DNA of 64,000 nt, taken from contig CAWJIE010000005.1 of NCBI GenBank assembly GCA_963842885.1, forward strand, positions 352,001-416,000. Reading direction: 5' to 3'. This document shows positions 59,735 through 64,000 of this stretch, one piece after another. Source of the stretch: an uncultured Nitrososphaerota archaeon. GTDB taxonomy: Archaea > Thermoproteota > Nitrososphaeria > Conexivisphaerales > DTJL01. Under the pieces are notes generated by a model. That model saw nothing but the letters and a program-made list of their open reading frames with translations, was not told where the DNA came from and did not search any database. Each line of letters opens with the position of its first letter. The first letter of the stretch is position 1. The translations under genes were made by a program, and so were the position numbers.

Positions 59735-60697
59735 CTAACCGTGGCGTCCCAGTGTCTTCACCACGTTCAACCAGGTCTCCGATGTGCTGATGGGGTTGTA
59801 GCCTCCGCCCCCCAAGGCCAGGAGCCTGCCGTCGCTGTACCTGCGGCTGATTTCCGCGAGCTTGGCCGTCGCGTATCCGTGGGCGGCCGGTGTCAGCATC
59901 AGATGGGCTAGCGGGTCCCCTCCCAGGCTGTCTGCTCCGGCTTGAAGGATCACCAGCTCTGGCCTCGCCTTCTCAGCCAGCTCCAGCACCCGACCAAAGG
60001 CCTTGACGAATGCTTCGTCACCCGCTCCGGGCTGCAGCTCAATGTTCAGCTTTGTTCCCTTGGCCGCCCCTCTCCCGGACTCCCGCTCCTGCCCCGTGCC
60101 TGGATAGAGGAACCTTCCGTCTTCATGGAGGTCGCCGATGAAGACATTCGGGTCCTCCTCGAATGCGTAGTAGACGCCGTCTCCATGGTGGGCGTCTATG
60201 TCGACATAAAGCACAGGGGAGTAATGGAGCTTCCGTGTCGCGGTCTCCAGGGCCACCCCCACGTCGTTGAATACGCAGAACCCGGCGGCCGAATCCCTCC
60301 TGGCGTGGTGGAGGCCCCCCATGGGATTGAAGCCGTGGGTGATTTCCTGCCTGGCCAGTGAGTTCAGCAGATCCAGCGTGCTCCCCACCACGTACGCCGC
60401 CGCCTCATACATGCCCGGGAAGGCTGGGGTATCTCCCGAGTCCAGGTAGCCGACGCCCCGGACGGAGAGGGCCTTCACGAGCCGAATGTGGCTGGAGGTG
60501 TGGAATCGCCGGATCTCCTCTTCGCTCGCAGCCCTTGGAGGGAGACGGACGAAGGTCTCTCCGTCGATGAGATCCTCCTCTTCTACCCGTGAGAAGAACT
60601 GCTTGACCCTTCCGCTGTTCATGGGATGGCCGTCGGGGAAGGAGTACCTGAGGAGTTCCTCGCCTAGGACGACACCCGTCCTGCAGGTCAGACCCAG
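59735..60697 (-). CDS. Histone deacetylase/AcuC-family protein (start probably CTG)
   Basis: GHPM, GGLHHA, GFCVFND, DIDAHHGDG, GGGGY. Confidence 0.92.
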   Translation of the reverse strand: MGLTCRTGVVLGEELLRYSFPDGHPMNSGRVKQFFSRVEEEDLIDGETFVRLPPRAASEEEIRRFHTSSHIRLVKALSVRGVGYLDSGDTPAFPGMYEAAAYVVGSTLDLLNSLARQEITHGFNPMGGLHHARRDSAAGFCVFNDVGVALETATRKLHYSPVLYVDIDAHHGDGVYYAFEEDPNVFIGDLHEDGRFLYPGTGQERESGRGAAKGTKLNIELQPGAGDEAFVKAFGRVLELAEKARPELVILQAGADSLGGDPLAHLMLTPAAHGYATAKLAEISRRYSDGRLLALGGGGYNPISTSETWLNVVKTLGRHG

Positions 60698-61177
60698 CTA
60701 CCTCTTGTAGCCGATCTTCCTGAGGAAACCATGTCTGTCATCTCGGTCCTTCTCGCCCTCGGTCCCCCTGGGGCTGACGCCGTCGATGACTCCGAGGATC
60801 CCCCTCCCCTGCCCGGTCTTGGCCACTATGACTTCGACGGGGTTCCCGGTGGCGCAGAACAGGCCCACGACCTCTTCGACGGCCTTGACCCTGTTCAACA
60901 CGCTGATGGGGAAGGCGTCCTTCAGTGTGATCACGAAGCAGTGGCCGGCCCCAATCCTCGCTGCGATGGCGGCAGCTTCGGACTTCATGGAGTCGTCGCT
61001 ACCCTCGAGGCGGATCAGGGCGGGGCCGCTGGATTCGCAGAACGCGATTCCGAACTTGATCGACGGCGATGACGTGACGAGCGTTTCGTAGAGGTCCTCT
61101 ACGCTCTTGATGAAGTGTGACTGGCCTATGATCAGGCTGAAATCCTTCGGAGTGACGTCGACGGACTCAAACTCCAA
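60698..61177 (-). CDS. Adenosine-specific kinase family (DUF355) protein
   Basis: GQSHFIKSVED, FCESSG, CATGNP, GRGILGVIDG. Confidence 0.85.
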   Translation of the reverse strand: MEFESVDVTPKDFSLIIGQSHFIKSVEDLYETLVTSSPSIKFGIAFCESSGPALIRLEGSDDSMKSEAAAIAARIGAGHCFVITLKDAFPISVLNRVKAVEEVVGLFCATGNPVEVIVAKTGQGRGILGVIDGVSPRGTEGEKDRDDRHGFLRKIGYKR

Positions 61178-61195
61178 GCCCTGTCTCAGCGCCTT

Positions 61196-62050
61196 CTATC
61201 CGCCGTCTTCTATTATCCTTTGCTGAGCAGACGCCCGTCTTACATGGCTCAGGAGCAGGTCGGCCCGTTCCTTAAGCTCCCGCTCCTCGAGCTTGATCTT
61301 TATGGAAGAAGAGGCCAGTTCGAGGCGCGGGTCCTTCGACGCCGACCTTTCGGAAAGGAACCAATCGAGGTACAGCATGGCGTCGAACGGCTTCATATCC
61401 GCCAATAGCCCGTCCACCTTGACGTTCATCACCAAGGCCTCGGACTCTGGAATCCCCGCAGCCAGCTTCAGGGCCCGCCTCTTGGCTGCCGACTCCGTGG
61501 CCTGGTCGAAGTCGAGGACCGTCGCGATGGGGTTGAGAGAGGCTGCGCTCTTCATCTGCTCCACCAAGTGGGAGGGGTGCGGGACGATCCCCCTGAGCAG
61601 AAGCACGGCCTCCGAATACTTTGCGGATGCCGCAAGGAGGTTGAGCGTGGCCTGATAAGGCCTGGCGTTAGCTTGGCTGCTGTAGACGATGCTGAGATGC
61701 TTGATAGTCGTCGTCAGGCGCCTCATCGCGGTGGCCAGGAGGAGCTTCTCGATCTTTCGGTCCCCGAAGCTCGCCTTGAGGCTGGAGAAGGACCACCTGT
61801 CGTCACTGACCACCTGGAGCCTCTCGCTCTCAAGGTAAAGCTGCGACATGTTGGTGATGGGGATGACTTCGTAGTACTTCTTCCCACCGGAGATGGTCCA
61901 GGGACGACCGACAGCAGGGTACGCTGCTACGTTGACTTCGCAATAGGACCTCGCCATCTTGGCGGCCTGGCAGCCTATGACGGCCAAGCTGGCATCTGGG
62001 TGCTTCATCCGTATCCTTTCAATGATTTCGATGGGTAGCGGCGATTGCAA
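61196..62050 (-). CDS. Hypothetical protein (degenerate nucleotidyltransferase-like N-terminus)
   Basis: 284-aa ORF; SLAVIGC...CEVNV. Confidence 0.55.
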   Translation of the reverse strand: MQSPLPIEIIERIRMKHPDASLAVIGCQAAKMARSYCEVNVAAYPAVGRPWTISGGKKYYEVIPITNMSQLYLESERLQVVSDDRWSFSSLKASFGDRKIEKLLLATAMRRLTTTIKHLSIVYSSQANARPYQATLNLLAASAKYSEAVLLLRGIVPHPSHLVEQMKSAASLNPIATVLDFDQATESAAKRRALKLAAGIPESEALVMNVKVDGLLADMKPFDAMLYLDWFLSERSASKDPRLELASSSIKIKLEERELKERADLLLSHVRRASAQQRIIEDGG

Positions 62051-62103
62051 GGTCTCTCGAGGGATGAATACGATATCCTGCCTTCTCTATTTAAGAACTA
62101 TCG

Positions 62104-62460
62104 TTACGCGGGTTCTGGTCGGTTGTCGGTTGATGGGTCAAGGTCGTCTCCCTGTAAAGTTTCGGTTGATGGGCCCAGAGGTAGTAGCTCTGCCATCTTT
62201 CTTGACACTGTCATCCGATAGAAGTAGCCATCCAAACTTTCTACGAATAGCACTTCCTCGCCAGCCTCATTCCTGTCTTTCCACCAGTAGTTCACCGAGA
62301 CATGCTTGATGCCCCGAATAGGCGAGGAGCATGGACGAGTGGCAAACTCTTCCGCCATCAAGGTCTTCCCGCATCGGGAACACTTCCCGATTTCAGGGTG
62401 CCTGTTCGACATCGCTGGTTTCGACACCTCCTCGGTTCCTATTCTGGTCGCATTCTTCAT
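62104..62460 (-). CDS. Hypothetical Zn-binding passenger protein
   Basis: CSRC...AEE...C; its 3' end runs through the putative terminus. Confidence 0.55.
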   Translation of the reverse strand: MKNATRIGTEEVSKPAMSNRHPEIGKCSRCGKTLMAEEFATRPCSSPIRGIKHVSVNYWWKDRNEAGEEVLFVESLDGYFYRMTVSRKMAELLPLGPSTETLQGDDLDPSTDNRPEPA

Positions 62461-62887
62461 ACATCTTCTTGAATTTGTCTCTCTCGACTGTGAGTCTCTG
62501 GACTACGTCCTTCAGATTCCTATTCTCGACCTGCATGTCGGCAAACTTGCCGACAAAGCCTTCGGCATCGCGAATTACATTATGGACCTTCCCGTGGGTG
62601 TATGCGGTAACCAACTCTTCGGCAGACTGATGCCAGAATACCTTTCCTCTGGTCAGCTCATATTGGCTTAATGCGTTGGAGATTATATCAGCGAGCGACA
62701 TAGGACTTCCCAGCTTCTTCTCCTCCCTTTGCCCAGTCTTCTCGACCACCCAGATCGCCTGTCCAATCACCTTCGAAGCCTTGTCGCAATCGATTTCCCA
62801 TTCCTCGCGCTTCCATCGAAGGAAAATGTCCTCCGCATGGTCATAAAGCTCCTTCTGTGCCCGCGCAAAAGGTGAGTCTTCACTCAT
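62393..62887 (-). CDS. Hypothetical passenger protein with coiled coil
   Basis: 164-aa ORF; ATGA overlap with the AbrB gene. Confidence 0.6.
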   Translation of the reverse strand: MSEDSPFARAQKELYDHAEDIFLRWKREEWEIDCDKASKVIGQAIWVVEKTGQREEKKLGSPMSLADIISNALSQYELTRGKVFWHQSAEELVTAYTHGKVHNVIRDAEGFVGKFADMQVENRNLKDVVQRLTVERDKFKKMYEECDQNRNRGGVETSDVEQAP

Positions 62888-63057
62888 GTTCTCGCTTTCC
62901 TTACCAAGACTACTTTCTTCCCCTCAGCAATCTCCATCCTCCACTCCAGCTTGTCTCCTGCCTCCAAGTCGAGATAGGACACGACCCCTTCGGGTATGGT
63001 TGCCCTGAGTGACTTCGTGCCAACTTTGGCTATTCCAACGGTAGTTTCTAATCCCAC
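62884..63057 (-). CDS. AbrB/SpoVT-like DNA-binding protein (57 aa; not in ORF track)
   Basis: Hand-translated MGLETTVGIAKVGTKSLRATIPEGVVSYLDLEAGDKLEWRMEIAEGKKVVLVRKART. Confidence 0.8.
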   Translation of the reverse strand: MGLETTVGIAKVGTKSLRATIPEGVVSYLDLEAGDKLEWRMEIAEGKKVVLVRKART

Positions 63058-63066
63058 GCCGTCCTT

Positions 63067-63086
63067 TATAGCGTATGGACGCTATA
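63067..63086. promoter_or_regulatory. Palindromic operator candidate TATAGCGT-N4-ACGCTATA
   Basis: Perfect 8-bp arms between the divergent AbrB and transposase genes. Confidence 0.5.
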
Positions 63087-63139
63087 TAAGTCTACCGTCT
63101 TGTCTCCCGATATGTATATATACCTCTATGATGATAGAT

Positions 63140-64000
63140 ATGACGGTAGATAAGAAGATGGACACCCGCGCTGAGAAAGGAAAGACGATTGCTGAGACCT
63201 TCGGTCAAGTCGTAAGGTTGAGTGATGAGACGTACAAGGTAAGGTCTCAGTCCTCAAATGCCATCTACGAGATAACCAAGGTCGGAGACCATTGGGGCTG
63301 CCAATGCCCTGACTACCGCTTTAGGGCGATAACGTGCAAGCACATCTACGCGGTCAAGTTCTCATGGGAGTTGAGGAGACAGGTCGAGGAGACAAGGGTC
63401 ATCGAAGAGGTCTCAATCTCTGAATGCCTCTTCTGCCACTCTCACAACCTAAAGCGCTTCGGCATCCGACGAAACAAGAGCGGCGACATTCAGCGTTTCA
63501 TCTGTGCCGACTGCCATAGGACTTTCAGCATAAACGTGGGCTTCGAGAAGATGAGGCACAACCCGAAGGCGATAACCTCGGCCATGCAGCTCTACTTTAG
63601 CGGTGCGTCTCTCAGGAATACGCAGAAGTCTCTCCTTCTCTTGGGCGTTCAGGTTTCCCACACGACAATCATGGAGTGGATTCGGAAATACGTCTCCATG
63701 ATGCAGGGCTATGTCGAGAAGCTAAGACCAAACGTAAGCGACGCTTGGAGAGCAGACGAGGTATTCGTCAAGTTCAGCGGGAAGATGGAGTATGTCTTCG
63801 CCCTGATGGATGACGAAACCCGCTTCTGGATCGCCCAACAGGTTGCTGCACAGAAAGGAACCTCTGATGTCAAGCCGATGTTCTACGAAGGCGCAAGGCT
63901 GGCTGGGAAGAACCCGAAGACCCTCATCACTGACGGAGCGCAGAACTACATAGACGGCGCAAGAGCGTTCTCAACACATGGACATCGGATAAACCACATT
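63140..64000 (+). CDS. SWIM zinc finger / Zn-ribbon / HTH / DDE transposase (IS6/IS240-like); truncated
   Basis: Hand-translated: CQCPD...CKHIYAV, CLFC...CADC, SLRNTQK, WRADEVFVK, DDETRFWI, ITDG. Confidence 0.88.
   Translation, partial: MTVDKKMDTRAEKGKTIAETFGQVVRLSDETYKVRSQSSNAIYEITKVGDHWGCQCPDYRFRAITCKHIYAVKFSWELRRQVEETRVIEEVSISECLFCHSHNLKRFGIRRNKSGDIQRFICADCHRTFSINVGFEKMRHNPKAITSAMQLYFSGASLRNTQKSLLLLGVQVSHTTIMEWIRKYVSMMQGYVEKLRPNVSDAWRADEVFVKFSGKMEYVFALMDDETRFWIAQQVAAQKGTSDVKPMFYEGARLAGKNPKTLITDGAQNYIDGARAFSTHGHRINHI

Larger units (their letters stand above)
62111..64000. mobile_element. IS6-like transposable element with passenger genes; truncated by window end
   Basis: Visibly lower GC, putative terminus GGTTCTGGTCGGTTG at 62111, DDE transposase. 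Confidence 0.7.

Noticed and set aside
1-64000. CRISPR arrays, rRNA and tRNA genes
   Set aside because: No repeat-spacer periodicity, rRNA motifs or full cloverleafs were seen by eye; a tRNAscan/Infernal run could still find something.

Overview
GC-rich archaeal chromosome segment, most likely TACK/Nitrososphaerota-like (PolB1, archaeal ThrRS/ProRS, rps25e, rps26e, aIF1/SUI1, deoxyhypusine synthase, DUF1512, F420 genes). Most of it is housekeeping and metabolic genes. Many carry single-base frameshifts that look like assembly errors. Four accessory items stand out. (1) An ~11.2-kb integrated element (5364-16561) is bounded by an exact 15-bp direct repeat. The repeat is the overlap of the 3' ends of two convergent host genes, not a tRNA. 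The element encodes a tyrosine integrase, a serine recombinase, a P-loop replication-type ATPase followed by a symmetric inverted 9-bp-period repeat array (candidate origin), a TFB/TFIIB-like protein probably fused to an HTH, RHH/AbrB/wHTH regulators and small membrane proteins. (2) A LAGLIDADG intein interrupts the Mrp/NBP35 Fe-S carrier ATPase. (3) An intein with an apparently decayed endonuclease lies in PolB1. (4) The left part of an IS6-like element with a SWIM-domain transposase and passenger genes runs off the window end. All family assignments come from motif recognition by eye; no database search was run.
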